Shown here in pieces: positions 39,601 through 48,728 of a DNA stretch of 64,000 bases (position 1 is the stretch's first letter; each line of letters opens with the position of its first letter). Source of the stretch: a virus; IMG/VR virus record IMGVR_UViG_3300030101_001745, positions 1 to 64,000 of that record. One strand, 5' to 3'. A program made the position numbers and the translations under genes. The notes under the pieces are model-generated. The model was not told the DNA's origin. It saw only the letters and a list, made by a program, of their open reading frames with translations, and ran no database searches.

Positions 39601-42600
39601 TAACTCAACGGCTACTGCTCTTGGTGGAACGATTACCTTTGCCGCAACTGCAAATGAAACCACAGTAGCGGAGAGTAGTGGCACAGTTACAATAGGATTA
39701 CCTGATGATGTAACAATTGCTAGTGACTTAACACTATCAGATGGTAAGGCAGAGATTACACAAAGCGATGGTTCAGCACATGGGTTGAAGGTTTACAGAA
39801 ACGATGATTCTACCAGTACACCGTTGGTGTATTTCCATGATGACCACGCATTCAACGACAGCCCTGTTCTTCATGTAAAAACAGATAGAACAGACGAACA
39901 TGGAGATGCCGCTATCTTTGAAGGCAGAGTGGGAATGGGTACTACTGCTCCCGGTACGAACCTACACATCTCAGACGACACGACCTCCTTAGTTACTGGT
40001 CTACTAGTCGAAAATGTAGGTAGTGATGGAGACTCAGCAACAGTAGCAGGTATCGAGATAAAGAATGGTGCAGGTACAGATAGCAGTACGCACATCGAAC
40101 AGGATGCATTTGGTCAAACAATGATGTATACTGGTCAAGGTGCTAAGAATCGTTTCTTGCTTGTTAGTGCTGATGCAAGCACTTTCACTGTTGATGGTGA
40201 TTTGAAGGTAGGCGGAAACGACATCAAATCATCTTCCGGCGATACTGTAATGACTCTAAGTAATGATGATGTTACCTTTGCTTCTAGAGTTACTATTGGA
40301 GATTCATATCTAACAGATGACGGGTCTAACTTTCAACTCTATGGTAATTCTGCATTCCAATTCTTTGCTCTTGGTCAATATGGCGCACACACATTCTACA
40401 CCAAAGATGGCGTAAATGGTGGAAGCAACGTAAAGCAATTCAAGGTTGATTATAGAGGATTCTTAGAATTAGGAAACAATAGAGACAAGAGTATCTTTGT
40501 TGAAGCAACTGCCCATGATGCGGCAGGTAAAGACCTCACAATATCTGCCGGAGATACTACTGCCGGAACTACAGACAACATAGCGGGTGGAGACTTAATT
40601 CTTGAAAGTGGACAAGGTAAGGGAACTGGTGCAGGTGGAGACATAATCTTCAAAGTCGCAAATGCAGGTAGTAGCGGAAGTTCATTGAACTCCCTAGCAA
40701 CTGCGATGACAATCTCAGATGATACTACGATTTCAACTGCTTCTAACTTTACAGTAGGTGGAAACCTAACCGTATCTGGAACTACCACGACTGTAAACTC
40801 AAACACAGTGAACATCGGAGATAGCATAATCACATTGAACTCTGATGAAACAGGTACACCTTCGCAAGATGGTGGTATAGAGATTGAGAGAGGAACCTCC
40901 ACAAACAAGTCATTCTTTTGGGATGAGAGCGAGGATGAATGGACAATAGGTTCTGAGAACTTCAAAGCAGGTAGTCTTGAGGGTTCAGGTGCGGCAATAA
41001 CTGCAATAAACGCAAGCAATATCTCAAGCGGAACTCTAGCCGCCGCAAGAGTTGCTACGTTAAATCAGAATACCACAGGTAGAGCAGGTGGATTAGATGC
41101 CGCTAATGACAGGGATTTGGCTCCCGAAGATTTGTCATATGCGAATGACTTCAACGTATTCTTCACTTCTAAGGAAGGATTGGAAGATGGTTCTACTTCT
41201 GGTAGCAATTACCAAGATGCAATTGTATTGAATACATGGTCTGATGGAACAGGTGGAGATGCAAACCTACTAGCATTCGACAAGTCCGAGATGAAGATTT
41301 ACCATTATCAAGCAGACCAAGCCGCTACAAATTGGGGTACTGCAAAAACAATCGCATACACTTCTGATATTACTGCGGCGGCAGGAGATGGAATCACTCT
41401 AGCGAATGGTGCGAATAACAGAATAGTAACTGCTACTGGTTCTGCGGCACTAACTGGTGAATCGAATCTCACCTACGATGGTTTCACTCTTCTCCTAGAA
41501 TCACAAGCAACTTCTGGTGAAGCACCTATCTTTGAATTATACAAAAACGATAGCGGCCCTGCTGTTGGAGAAGCGATGGGAACAATCAAGTTCTCTGGTG
41601 AAAATGACGCTGACCAGAAAGTGACTTATGCTGAGATTCAATCATTCATAGAAGATGAAACTGATGCTACTGAGAATGCCGCTTTGCAGTTCTTCGTGCA
41701 GGAGATGGGAACTCCAAGAGAGAATCTGAGACTTGCATCTAACCAAATTACATTCAACAATTCTGAGAGAAACGTAGATGTGCTAATTAAATCAGACGAT
41801 GGTTCGACAAACTTCTTCTCGGATGCGGGTAACAATCGTATTGGAATAGGAACTACAAGCCCTTCTGATGCATTACACATCAGAGCCGCTAGTGACCACC
41901 CACTTGTGATTGAAAACACTACCAATGCCGGATTCGCAGGTATTCAATTTAGTGACTCTAGTAATTCGTCTTATGCACAGAAGGGAGAGTTGAGATTTAA
42001 TCACGCAGACTCACAATCGGATGGCTCTGGTGCTTCGTTCCACTTTACATCTACTGAATCGTTAAATGTCATTATGCCAAAACTGTCAGTACATTCGACA
42101 TTATCCGGTAATGATGCTACAACACTAACCGGACAAACTGCATTCAAGGTAGACTGTGATGATGGGTCAGGACAAGGTGGAGGGCCGGGTTTCCAAATTA
42201 GACTAGAAGCAACTAATGACCACAATGGCCCCAATTATCAGAAAACCATCATGGGCGATGGTGGAGGTATGAGAGTTAAGAACATCTTTGGAAACTATGG
42301 ATTCTCAGAATGGTGGTTAGGTGGGACTGCTGATGGTAATAAGCCGATTATGTCTCTTGCGGCAGGTGGAAGCACAAGTGCAGGTGCGGCTCAAGATGGA
42401 ATATTAACACTCTATTCAACTACTTCGGCTTGGGCAAACAATACATATTCACCAACCAATAACACGGCAAAGGTCGTATTAGACGCAGGTGGAAACTCTT
42501 ACTTTACTGGTGGTAATGTCGGAATAGGAACAGCAAGCCCCACCGGAACACTAACTGTCACAAGTGCAGGACACGACATTATTCACTTAAACAGAACGGT

Positions 42601-44038
42601 GAACAATGTTGGTTATGGTGCAGGTATAATCGGAAGGCTAGGAAACTCAGCATCCACAACTGCCGCACATGAGTACGCCGGAATCTTCTTGCAGATAGAG
42701 GACAACACAGATGGTGCGGAAAAGGGTAGCATAGCATTCAACACATCAAGTGGTGGAACTGCGGCAGACTCAGGTAGCACTCATGCTATGCAGATTACAT
42801 CTGCGGGTAATGTAGGAATAGGCACTACGAGTCCTTCAACACCATTAGCCACTAACGCAAAAGGATTGGTTGTTGCTGGTACGGGCGGTCAATCGGGTTC
42901 CGCACAGGATGGTAGTGAAAGAATCCCAACAATTGTTCTCTACGATACTGTGACAGACTACGGTAGCAACACGGCAACAGTAGGAGAAGCAAGAGGTTCT
43001 ATCGAGTTCTATTCCTCAGAAACATCGAACAATTATCCGGGGATTGCTGCTTCTATCAAGGCAATCAACGAAAGCACATACAATAATGCTATGGGTCTTG
43101 GTCTGTTTACAAGTAATAACCTAGCAACTGCCACTGAGAAGGTAAGAATAGACGCTGATGGTAATGTCGGAATAGGCACTACGAATCCTGCTTTCCCATT
43201 AGAAGTTGATGGATTCATTTCAACAGCCAGTGGGATTGTCCACATGGGCGATACTAACAACACCATTTCGTTTGGTACTGACATTCAAAATTTCAATACC
43301 GCCGGAACAACGAGGATGAAGATTGATAGCGATGGTGACATAGGAATAGGCACTACGACTATAAATGCTAAACTGCATATTCGTGATGAGAATGATGGTA
43401 ATGACCAATTCTCCGGTATTCGTTTCTTCCCCGCAGATTCAGAGACAAGTGCTACTGATAATGACTTCTATCATAATATCACAGGTTTCAGAAAGGGAGG
43501 ATTGATGCTAAGTGGTGGACAAACCGGAAACTACACTAGAACATACGCAACTCTCAACAATGATGGTTTCAAGGTATTCACGAATGCAGGTGATAACACC
43601 GCAGTCAATATGTCTACACAACAAAGACTGTTGATTCCAACGGGTGGAGGTTCTGCTACACTTTCTGTTGGTCTAGATGTAAGCGGTGCGTTGACGGCTA
43701 CTACGAAGTCTTTCGATATAGAACACCCAACCAAAGAAGGAAAGAGATTGCATCACGGTTCTCTGGAAGGGCCGGAACACGGTGTCTACATCAGAGGTAG
43801 ATTAGAGGGAGATGTAATCGAACTACCTGACTACTGGCTAGGTCTAGTTGATGAAGATACAATCACAGTTCAACTAACTCCCAACAAGGGCTTCCAGCAG
43901 ATTTACGTTGACCATATAGAGGACAACAAGGTATATGTGGGAACACAAACAGATACAGCAATAGACTGCTTCTACTTCATACAAGCAGAGAGAAAGGACA
44001 TTGACAAGGTGGAGGTAGAATATGACGCTGTGGTTTGA
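33617..44038 (+). CDS. Giant mosaic tail fibre (3473 aa)
   Basis: Repeated GNLTVNGTTTTVN..EVERG, VTTAKIADDA and GNVGIGTTxP modules; C-terminal KSFDIEHP..LEGPEHGVY domain. Confidence 0.88.
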   Translation: MMVNSNPGFLSTLSATPNTRIVDGSDNIHSGIINSLNVATGGNVALSGFNITQEDGGTYTQYDVASGKILRNGLLVSVSARNDIAPGVGERAGNDWYATVVVDSSNVIQIRTGASSISTASVSSLTAGDIPVAIIKYPAGSDHDAVNRLVQFLGYDQTTKGLSAINSGSETLRINADGTLTKGGSGTITLPASGTLATVDQIAYTSAISQGNAGLVPSGGVATANIADDAVTYAKMQNVSTTNRILGRDSSGAGVVEEISPANLRTMLGIEAGATADQTDSEIETAYNTQVSQVSSSERNAGTSTSVRRFSPADIKSMIDTHETDTNTDTDVSVANLKARLNSDMGGDFNIGTQSNDTAVFAGHMTVGGNLTVNGTTTTINTETLALQDNMVLLNSNSASTPSENAGLEVERGNSTNVKLRWNESSDRWEFSNDGSAYHNIPVSSEIPSAYIHPTSDVANITTSGTEVVENISTNAQGHVTALSKRNLSLSDLGYTGATDANKYVHPNHTGDVTSNADGTTTIANDAVVTAKIADSNVTEAKIANGAITNGKVASDAAIAQSKISGLTSALSGKEPSLTIENGLTRTGSTLKININDASGGLTEENGMDRTADFLMYDDGSVTSGNPLRRINLANVFDKLVAGDIPDISSAYRAVGTKIVDADIASSADIQVDKLSESSSTNNKLFTATLKSKLDGIATGATVGADWSSNVSNISVANSQLAGSIANNKLANSAITINSNSLNLGGSLTLDTGDIAEGSNKYYTDERVDDRVNALITDGEGITTTYNDGSGTLTIDAEVATTSNRGVASFDSNNFDVPSGAVAIKASGITNTHLAGGIAQSKITNLVSNLASKIEDLSDLSITATATEINILDGVTGVSATEIGYLDGVTSSIQTQLNTKLSSVALADLTDITGLENDITSVSNSHDTIPSAKATKAYVDAQVVAPSAYNLLAGLSATNKAKIILRDASSQDDEVILEAGEGIGITQTGQTINIANSERGDDVLSASFNQGLLTLTQRDSSTITATLSDATTDAHGLMTDDQFDKLAGIEASADVTDKENVVASLALLDESDTLHIGDADNDTTVRVRGNLFVDGTTTTVNQTEVNVQNAFVFEGTTADAHETTLSIVDPTADRTISLPDVTGTIITTGDTGTIATGMIAASAVTTGKINSNAISTGKLAGGAVTTAKIADDAVTGAKINFIDDSIAVTNTHIMVADGTDYNNVAVSGDATLANDGTLTIANLAVETGMLANLGVTTAKIAADAVTSAKIADDAIDSEHIADGAIDTAHIGNNQVTVGKISGLSDLGSGTVISSAERTKLSGIEASADVTDATNVAAAGALMDGDFTSNGFLKRTGAGSYSVDTNTYITSLATTGLTDISQLETNLASITDDHAGLVTAKAVKAYVDSIPGGVGGMSFILEDGDGTELTVANDKEIKFVPSSLLTINWTDVDNGTDADPYDLTFTVDNDLANYDNSNSSFSTTTALTNATAATAITGKVLTNLGTGTGGAIAATDTILAAMQKLETRTALNDAKVTNTDVNVNEANLRTRLADISSNVTIGDATDVTVTTSGALVVTGNLTVNGTTTTVNTNTVNIGDNIIVLNSDETGTPSQNAGIEVERGTASNKTLTWDETNDKWTVGSETFVAGAFTGDLTGDVTGDVTGNADTATTLATARSIAGQSFNGSADITIATTDLSDISALDTDLSSVSANDDSLATAKAIKTYVDAQVDTVDTIAELADVNQNNPTAGQVFIRDTSSTPAKWKNAHLTAGTNVSITNGDGSITIASTDTTFTAASNNGLVLSGTAFSIDDPVNTNITLMSSGSDGSASNPAQRNANTADQLLIWDDSAGEWAYINLAHLADFAVDNGGAGGIKAFKTISVSGQDDIVADASADTLTLTAGSGITIANTASSDTIAFSVASGDISNAMLANDSVSFGGVSLDLGQSDATPAFDLTDATNYPTSSLTGTITNAQLAGSIANAKLANSSITVSDGSNSTATALGGTITFAATANETTVAESSGTVTIGLPDDVTIASDLTLSDGKAEITQSDGSAHGLKVYRNDDSTSTPLVYFHDDHAFNDSPVLHVKTDRTDEHGDAAIFEGRVGMGTTAPGTNLHISDDTTSLVTGLLVENVGSDGDSATVAGIEIKNGAGTDSSTHIEQDAFGQTMMYTGQGAKNRFLLVSADASTFTVDGDLKVGGNDIKSSSGDTVMTLSNDDVTFASRVTIGDSYLTDDGSNFQLYGNSAFQFFALGQYGAHTFYTKDGVNGGSNVKQFKVDYRGFLELGNNRDKSIFVEATAHDAAGKDLTISAGDTTAGTTDNIAGGDLILESGQGKGTGAGGDIIFKVANAGSSGSSLNSLATAMTISDDTTISTASNFTVGGNLTVSGTTTTVNSNTVNIGDSIITLNSDETGTPSQDGGIEIERGTSTNKSFFWDESEDEWTIGSENFKAGSLEGSGAAITAINASNISSGTLAAARVATLNQNTTGRAGGLDAANDRDLAPEDLSYANDFNVFFTSKEGLEDGSTSGSNYQDAIVLNTWSDGTGGDANLLAFDKSEMKIYHYQADQAATNWGTAKTIAYTSDITAAAGDGITLANGANNRIVTATGSAALTGESNLTYDGFTLLLESQATSGEAPIFELYKNDSGPAVGEAMGTIKFSGENDADQKVTYAEIQSFIEDETDATENAALQFFVQEMGTPRENLRLASNQITFNNSERNVDVLIKSDDGSTNFFSDAGNNRIGIGTTSPSDALHIRAASDHPLVIENTTNAGFAGIQFSDSSNSSYAQKGELRFNHADSQSDGSGASFHFTSTESLNVIMPKLSVHSTLSGNDATTLTGQTAFKVDCDDGSGQGGGPGFQIRLEATNDHNGPNYQKTIMGDGGGMRVKNIFGNYGFSEWWLGGTADGNKPIMSLAAGGSTSAGAAQDGILTLYSTTSAWANNTYSPTNNTAKVVLDAGGNSYFTGGNVGIGTASPTGTLTVTSAGHDIIHLNRTVNNVGYGAGIIGRLGNSASTTAAHEYAGIFLQIEDNTDGAEKGSIAFNTSSGGTAADSGSTHAMQITSAGNVGIGTTSPSTPLATNAKGLVVAGTGGQSGSAQDGSERIPTIVLYDTVTDYGSNTATVGEARGSIEFYSSETSNNYPGIAASIKAINESTYNNAMGLGLFTSNNLATATEKVRIDADGNVGIGTTNPAFPLEVDGFISTASGIVHMGDTNNTISFGTDIQNFNTAGTTRMKIDSDGDIGIGTTTINAKLHIRDENDGNDQFSGIRFFPADSETSATDNDFYHNITGFRKGGLMLSGGQTGNYTRTYATLNNDGFKVFTNAGDNTAVNMSTQQRLLIPTGGGSATLSVGLDVSGALTATTKSFDIEHPTKEGKRLHHGSLEGPEHGVYIRGRLEGDVIELPDYWLGLVDEDTITVQLTPNKGFQQIYVDHIEDNKVYVGTQTDTAIDCFYFIQAERKDIDKVEVEYDAVV

Positions 44039-44468
44039 GGAACTCAAAAAGGAGAAGGATGCTTGCTACCGTAAGGTAAGAAGCAGATACAAGAAGTGGC
44101 CTTCTGCTTATGCTTCTGGTGCATTGGTTCAATGTAGAAAGAAGGGTGCGGCTAATTGGGGTAACTCAAAAAAGAAAAAGAAAGTAAAGAAGGCAGAAGG
44201 TTGCGGTTGTGCAGAATGCGAAGAAAAGAAATCTGATGGTCTTTGGAAAGATTGGGTAAGTTGTGCATCTTGTACTGATGACAAAGAAGGAACGGAGCCG
44301 TGTGGTAGAAAGGATGCATCGAAAGGAACAAAAAGAAGATGTAGACCAACCTGCTCTGCTTGTGAAGATTACAAGAGAAGAGGCGGAAAACCTAAGAAAA
44401 GAAAGTCTGGTACGTTTAGCAGAGAAGAAGACAAGGGACTTCGTGGTTGGTTTGAAAGGAGAGGTTAA
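44022..44468 (+). CDS. Basic Cys-rich small protein (KDACYRKVRSRYKKWPSAYASGALVQCRK)
   Basis: ORF with GGAGG RBS; motif recalled from marine phage proteins. Confidence 0.75.
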   Translation: MTLWFEELKKEKDACYRKVRSRYKKWPSAYASGALVQCRKKGAANWGNSKKKKKVKKAEGCGCAECEEKKSDGLWKDWVSCASCTDDKEGTEPCGRKDASKGTKRRCRPTCSACEDYKRRGGKPKKRKSGTFSREEDKGLRGWFERRG

Positions 44469-44469
44469 G

Positions 44470-44760
44470 ATGACTTGGGAAAAAGTAGTAAAGAAAAAAT
44501 GCGGGTGTGGGCAAGACCCATGTAAAACATATGGTAGTGTAAAGAAATACGACATAGAGAAAGGAAAGGGAGAAAGACATTTCTACATGGAAAACGGTAA
44601 ACCGAAACAATACATTGGGCCTACACACAAACACCCAGATGGAACGCTAATGTCTGGTGAGAAACACGTAGAAGGTGAAAGTAAAGTTCTACAACACTTC
44701 TACGAATTAAGCGAAGATGCTTTGAGACATCTAAGTAAGGATACTACGGAGATAAAGTGA
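44470..44760 (+). CDS. Small basic His/Cys protein (MTWEKVVKK..., THKHPDGTLMSG)
   Basis: ATG at 44470 after GAGG, within ORF 44263..44760. Confidence 0.7.
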   Translation: MTWEKVVKKKCGCGQDPCKTYGSVKKYDIEKGKGERHFYMENGKPKQYIGPTHKHPDGTLMSGEKHVEGESKVLQHFYELSEDALRHLSKDTTEIK

Positions 44761-44761
44761 A

Positions 44762-45031
44762 ATGGAAATTTGGTTTGACGCAATGTGCAAATCTGGTAGG
44801 TGTACCAGAAGCACGAAGAAAACGTCATCCACGGCTAAAGGAAAGAAGTGGATGAAGTGTGTCAGGAAACCCGGTGGAGGATACAAGAGAGTACATTGGG
44901 GTCAAAGGGGAGTAACGGTTTCTGGTAAGAGAAAGGGAAAGAGAAGAAAGTCTTTCAGAGCAAGACACAAATGTTCTACTTGTAAAGGAGGAAACAATTC
45001 CCCGCGATGTATGGCTTGTAGAGATTGGTGA
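44762..45031 (+). CDS. Small highly basic Cys-rich protein (RRKSFRARHKC...CRDW)
   Basis: Coupled ORF; motif recalled from marine phage proteins. Confidence 0.75.
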   Translation: MEIWFDAMCKSGRCTRSTKKTSSTAKGKKWMKCVRKPGGGYKRVHWGQRGVTVSGKRKGKRRKSFRARHKCSTCKGGNNSPRCMACRDW

Positions 45032-45807
45032 TTGCTGTGGGATTCTATAGTGGGCCAGTCATAGTTACTGATAGTCTCATCTTTAACTTCGATGCAGGTA
45101 ATGACAAATGCACAGATGCAGATGATGACCTTACTAGCATGAGGGATATAGGTTCAGTAGACCATTCTTCTAGAACAGATAGAGCAATGCATGGTGATGG
45201 TATAACTGCGAATATATCATTTCCAACCAACACAGGTGCAGTCAAGGCAATCAATACAGGAGTCACATTTCGTAGAAGTGATGGCGACTCTGCTGACCCT
45301 TCTAACTTTGAAAACAGAATAGATTTGGATGATGATATTCTATTTGCAGACCAAGATGCTTGGTCTTTTGAGTTTTGGGCGAAGCCCGATTCCGATTCAG
45401 AACATACGTTTCTGAGTCTAGCAGGTAGGGGAGCAACAAGTCCGTGGTTTATTTGGCAACATGGTAGTACCACATTCTATCCTCGCTATCGAGATAACAA
45501 CGGAAACTACTACAGAGATAGTTCTAACACAAATTGTGCTGACCCCGATGACTGGCATCAAGTTGTATTTACTGCTGATACTAGCAGGAACATATCCTTC
45601 TACAAGGATGGTGAATTGTTAGGTGGCTCTGTTCAAGCCGCAGATACTCAAACTCAGATAAACAGACTCATGGCAGGTTATTCATCTGGAACTTCTAGAT
45701 ATGGATTTCAAGGTAGTATGCTTTGCACTAGGATATACGCTAAGACACTATCAGCCGCAGAAGTATTGCAGAACTTCAATGCAACGAGAAGGAGAGTGGG
45801 AATATGA
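45025..45807 (+). CDS. LamG / concanavalin-A-like lectin domain protein
   Basis: SLIFNFDAGN, WSFEFWAKP, WHQVVFT, FYKDGE, RIYAKTLSAAEVLQNF. Confidence 0.85.
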   Translation: MVIAVGFYSGPVIVTDSLIFNFDAGNDKCTDADDDLTSMRDIGSVDHSSRTDRAMHGDGITANISFPTNTGAVKAINTGVTFRRSDGDSADPSNFENRIDLDDDILFADQDAWSFEFWAKPDSDSEHTFLSLAGRGATSPWFIWQHGSTTFYPRYRDNNGNYYRDSSNTNCADPDDWHQVVFTADTSRNISFYKDGELLGGSVQAADTQTQINRLMAGYSSGTSRYGFQGSMLCTRIYAKTLSAAEVLQNFNATRRRVGI

Positions 45808-46022
45808 AATACAGAATAAACGGAGTAGATTATACTGAAAGACAATTGGAAAATATACTCGGCGGTGCTGTTGCTAAGTATTGTGATGAAGAGGGAAACC
45901 CAATCGTGGAACTACAAGATGCCGCATTACTAGCATTAGAGCAAGGTAGCAGTTTTACCCCATTGACATTTGAAGAGGCTATGATTCAGTCTAGGTTATT
46001 GCATAAGGAGGAAGAGGAATAA
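45804..46022 (+). CDS. Small acidic hypothetical protein
   Basis: ATGA overlap between the two LamG genes. Confidence 0.6.
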   Translation: MKYRINGVDYTERQLENILGGAVAKYCDEEGNPIVELQDAALLALEQGSSFTPLTFEEAMIQSRLLHKEEEE

Positions 46023-46759
46023 TGGGTGTAGCAGGTGGGCCTAGAATACCACAAAGCGGTATGCAATTGAATCTCGATGCTTCCAATAGCAAGAGTTCTC
46101 CCGGTAGTGGTACAACGTGGTTCGATGTAAGTGGAAATGGCAGAGACTTCACTTGGTCATCTGCACCCACATATAACACAAGACCTGTTGTCGGTGGTTA
46201 TCAACAACCGGATTCGATTGATGCGGCTATGGCTAGTGGCCCCGCCGCGAATAGTTTTGGTATTGACTCATCAAGTGGTGCTTCTTTTATCTTCTATTGC
46301 ACTAATGATTCGCTAACGAGTAAAGGTGCATTCAAACTTCCTATGGGTTCAGGATTAAGCGGCGGAGCATCAAGAGGATATTCAATACATTTACCGTGGG
46401 GTAATGGCTACATCTATTTTGACACAAATGGCTCTACATCTACTAGTAGCGGGGGAGGTAGAGTGAACACCAGTAGCAATATAGGTAGTCATATCAATTT
46501 CTTTTGGGTTCATGCTTTTACCAAATCAGCCGATGGTGCTACCATGAAAATATACAGAGATGGTGAGGTAGTAGCATCTAGGACAAATGCAGGTGCTTGT
46601 CCAACATTGAATTCAGACGCATTCACTGTAGGTGGTACTGACGAATACACAAGTGGTTGGGATGCCAAGATGGGTGCTTTCCTATGCTACAACAGGGAAC
46701 TTAGTGCAGATGAGGTAAAGCAAATAACTGCCGCATTGCGTGGAAGGGATGGTGCTTAG
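46022..46759 (+). CDS. LamG / concanavalin-A-like lectin domain protein
   Basis: LNLDASN..TWFDVSGNG, IYRDGE, YNRELSADEV. Confidence 0.85.
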   Translation: MGVAGGPRIPQSGMQLNLDASNSKSSPGSGTTWFDVSGNGRDFTWSSAPTYNTRPVVGGYQQPDSIDAAMASGPAANSFGIDSSSGASFIFYCTNDSLTSKGAFKLPMGSGLSGGASRGYSIHLPWGNGYIYFDTNGSTSTSSGGGRVNTSSNIGSHINFFWVHAFTKSADGATMKIYRDGEVVASRTNAGACPTLNSDAFTVGGTDEYTSGWDAKMGAFLCYNRELSADEVKQITAALRGRDGA

Positions 46760-48298
46760 ATGGCGGATAGCGATAAGGACATCCTGATTACTCCGAATGT
46801 GAGTCAAACTTCCCAACCAGAAATCAAACTGGTAGGTAAAGACAACTCCCCAATGTACCTCAAGGTATTGGATGATAACACCCTATCATTTGAAGGAACA
46901 GAGGGACAGGTTTTCTCAATCGGGCCTACAATGTCAAGTGGAGATATATTCAACGTGAGTGATATCTCTGGTGTGCAGAATATGGCCGTCAATGCCGATG
47001 GTTCAATCAAGATTATCCCAACCGGAACAAACCCATCTAGTAATTTGTATGTAGGAGATTTGAGACATTGCTTCGTCTACGCTAGAGGAACAGGAAACAA
47101 CAATGCGGCAAACTCTCTGATTTACGTTAATGGTAAGAAGATAGTAGATAGTGCTACTAGAGGTATGTATCTAACAATAATCAACCAAGTTGATTTGAGT
47201 GTTGTATCTTCTACTAACTATGATACATTTTCTAATCAAACCAACAACGACAATCTTGCTACTGCCATAGGAAATATGACAGACCAACAGATAGGAATTC
47301 TAGTCTCAGAGGATGCTTGGGAAACTAGCAATACTACTAATTCTGCGAATCTAGTGGCCGCGGCTAAGTTAGTTGGGCTTACAAAACTAGGCAACATAGG
47401 AAACGCAAATGCATCCAATAGAAGACCCTACGCGGCTATCTTCATGGGTTCGGGAGATGATGCGAATGCCGCTAACAAATTCGTAATTGAGAGAATGTCT
47501 GATGCTGATGCTGATGCTCCTATGGCTTCGATATCTGCTGTTCTAGTCTCGGATGGAACTCATGCTTCTATCATGGGTTCTAACAATGTAAATGCGATTT
47601 GGGGTGCAGATTCAAACCATGAGGAACCTGCTCTCATCGCAGACGAGGACAACAACATAGACATTCTAGGTGGTAGTGGTGGAAATGGACAGGTAAACAT
47701 CAGTAGAACAAGTGGTGCAACTGTCTTCCTACAAGCACAATCCGCAACAGGAATAGTGGGAACCTCAAGCAATCATACTCTAGCCCTTACTACAAATGGT
47801 TCTCAGAGACTCAAGATAAACAATGTCGGGGGAATCGAAGCAGTATCCAACGCGAACGGTTGGAATCTTTGGCATAAGGTGACTTGGGGCAAGAATGACT
47901 ATGGAACTTCCAATGGGGATGGTCATGGCCTCAAAAGAATGACATTCGATGATGACGAGGCAGGTTCGCCAGTCTATTCCGTACCTAGAGATATTACGAT
48001 AAGAGCAGTTGTCATTAGAACCAACGGTGTTGTTCTTTCCGGTACTACTGCTCAAGTGGTGAGAATATTCGCAAATGGAAATGCAGGGACAGGAACCCTA
48101 CTCGATGTTTCCTATAACGCCAGCCAATTCACAAGACACAACTCTGAGAACTCCAACGCAACTCATCATTCACTAGTGACCACAGGACTCAGTACCTCCT
48201 ACAATGCAGGTGATACATTAGCGGTAAGAAGAAATTCGGGTGCAGTTGATATGGGTGATTACATAGTGGATGTTTGGTTTAGTATTGATAATGCTTAG
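46760..48298 (+). CDS. Fibre / receptor-binding protein with ILEI (GG-type lectin)-like domain
   Basis: RGMYLTIINQVDL..NYDTF..LATAI..IGILVSEDAW; fibre-like linker. Confidence 0.7.
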   Translation: MADSDKDILITPNVSQTSQPEIKLVGKDNSPMYLKVLDDNTLSFEGTEGQVFSIGPTMSSGDIFNVSDISGVQNMAVNADGSIKIIPTGTNPSSNLYVGDLRHCFVYARGTGNNNAANSLIYVNGKKIVDSATRGMYLTIINQVDLSVVSSTNYDTFSNQTNNDNLATAIGNMTDQQIGILVSEDAWETSNTTNSANLVAAAKLVGLTKLGNIGNANASNRRPYAAIFMGSGDDANAANKFVIERMSDADADAPMASISAVLVSDGTHASIMGSNNVNAIWGADSNHEEPALIADEDNNIDILGGSGGNGQVNISRTSGATVFLQAQSATGIVGTSSNHTLALTTNGSQRLKINNVGGIEAVSNANGWNLWHKVTWGKNDYGTSNGDGHGLKRMTFDDDEAGSPVYSVPRDITIRAVVIRTNGVVLSGTTAQVVRIFANGNAGTGTLLDVSYNASQFTRHNSENSNATHHSLVTTGLSTSYNAGDTLAVRRNSGAVDMGDYIVDVWFSIDNA

Positions 48299-48306
48299 GT
48301 GATTGT

Positions 48307-48621
48307 ATGGTTGAACATGGGATAGAGGATGAAGAAACACCGAGCAATGTGACAGTACATTACAATGTAGGGCCGGGGCATCCAGAGTATGATGAGAACG
48401 GTCATATTAGTTTTGCTTGGGAAGACCTTAGAGCAAGGAGAGCCATGCGCTTGAAGAAAGTAGACATCTATCAAGGTGTATTAGTTTACAATACTCTAAC
48501 AGAAGAACAACAAAATGAGTTGGCTACATACAGACAGGCACTTCTAGATTTGCCAAGTGACTACGATGACCCATTTGAGGCAATGGCAAACCTACCAACA
48601 ATACCATCTTGGCTAAATTAA
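48307..48621 (+). CDS. Tail fibre assembly chaperone
   Basis: WEDLRARR..L..VD..YRQALLDLP..P..PSW. Confidence 0.8.
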   Translation: MVEHGIEDEETPSNVTVHYNVGPGHPEYDENGHISFAWEDLRARRAMRLKKVDIYQGVLVYNTLTEEQQNELATYRQALLDLPSDYDDPFEAMANLPTIPSWLN

Positions 48622-48728
48622 CTCGCAATCCCACCATCGAAAGCGATTCAATCTTACTTTCTTCAACGGTAAATCCAAAATGCAACCCCATTGTAAATTA
48701 GTTTTCTAGATGACCCTTATAACCCACC

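Noticed and set aside
140-48055. Numerous minus-strand ORFs of 60-250 aa opposite the late genes
   Set aside because: They are antisense shadows of long + strand genes, with S/L/F- or V/A/P-rich composition, no RBS and no motifs.
33617-48298. Diversity-generating retroelement acting on the fibre genes
   Set aside because: No reverse transcriptase is in the window and no near-identical TR/VR pair was noticed; the repeats are diverged protein-level modules.
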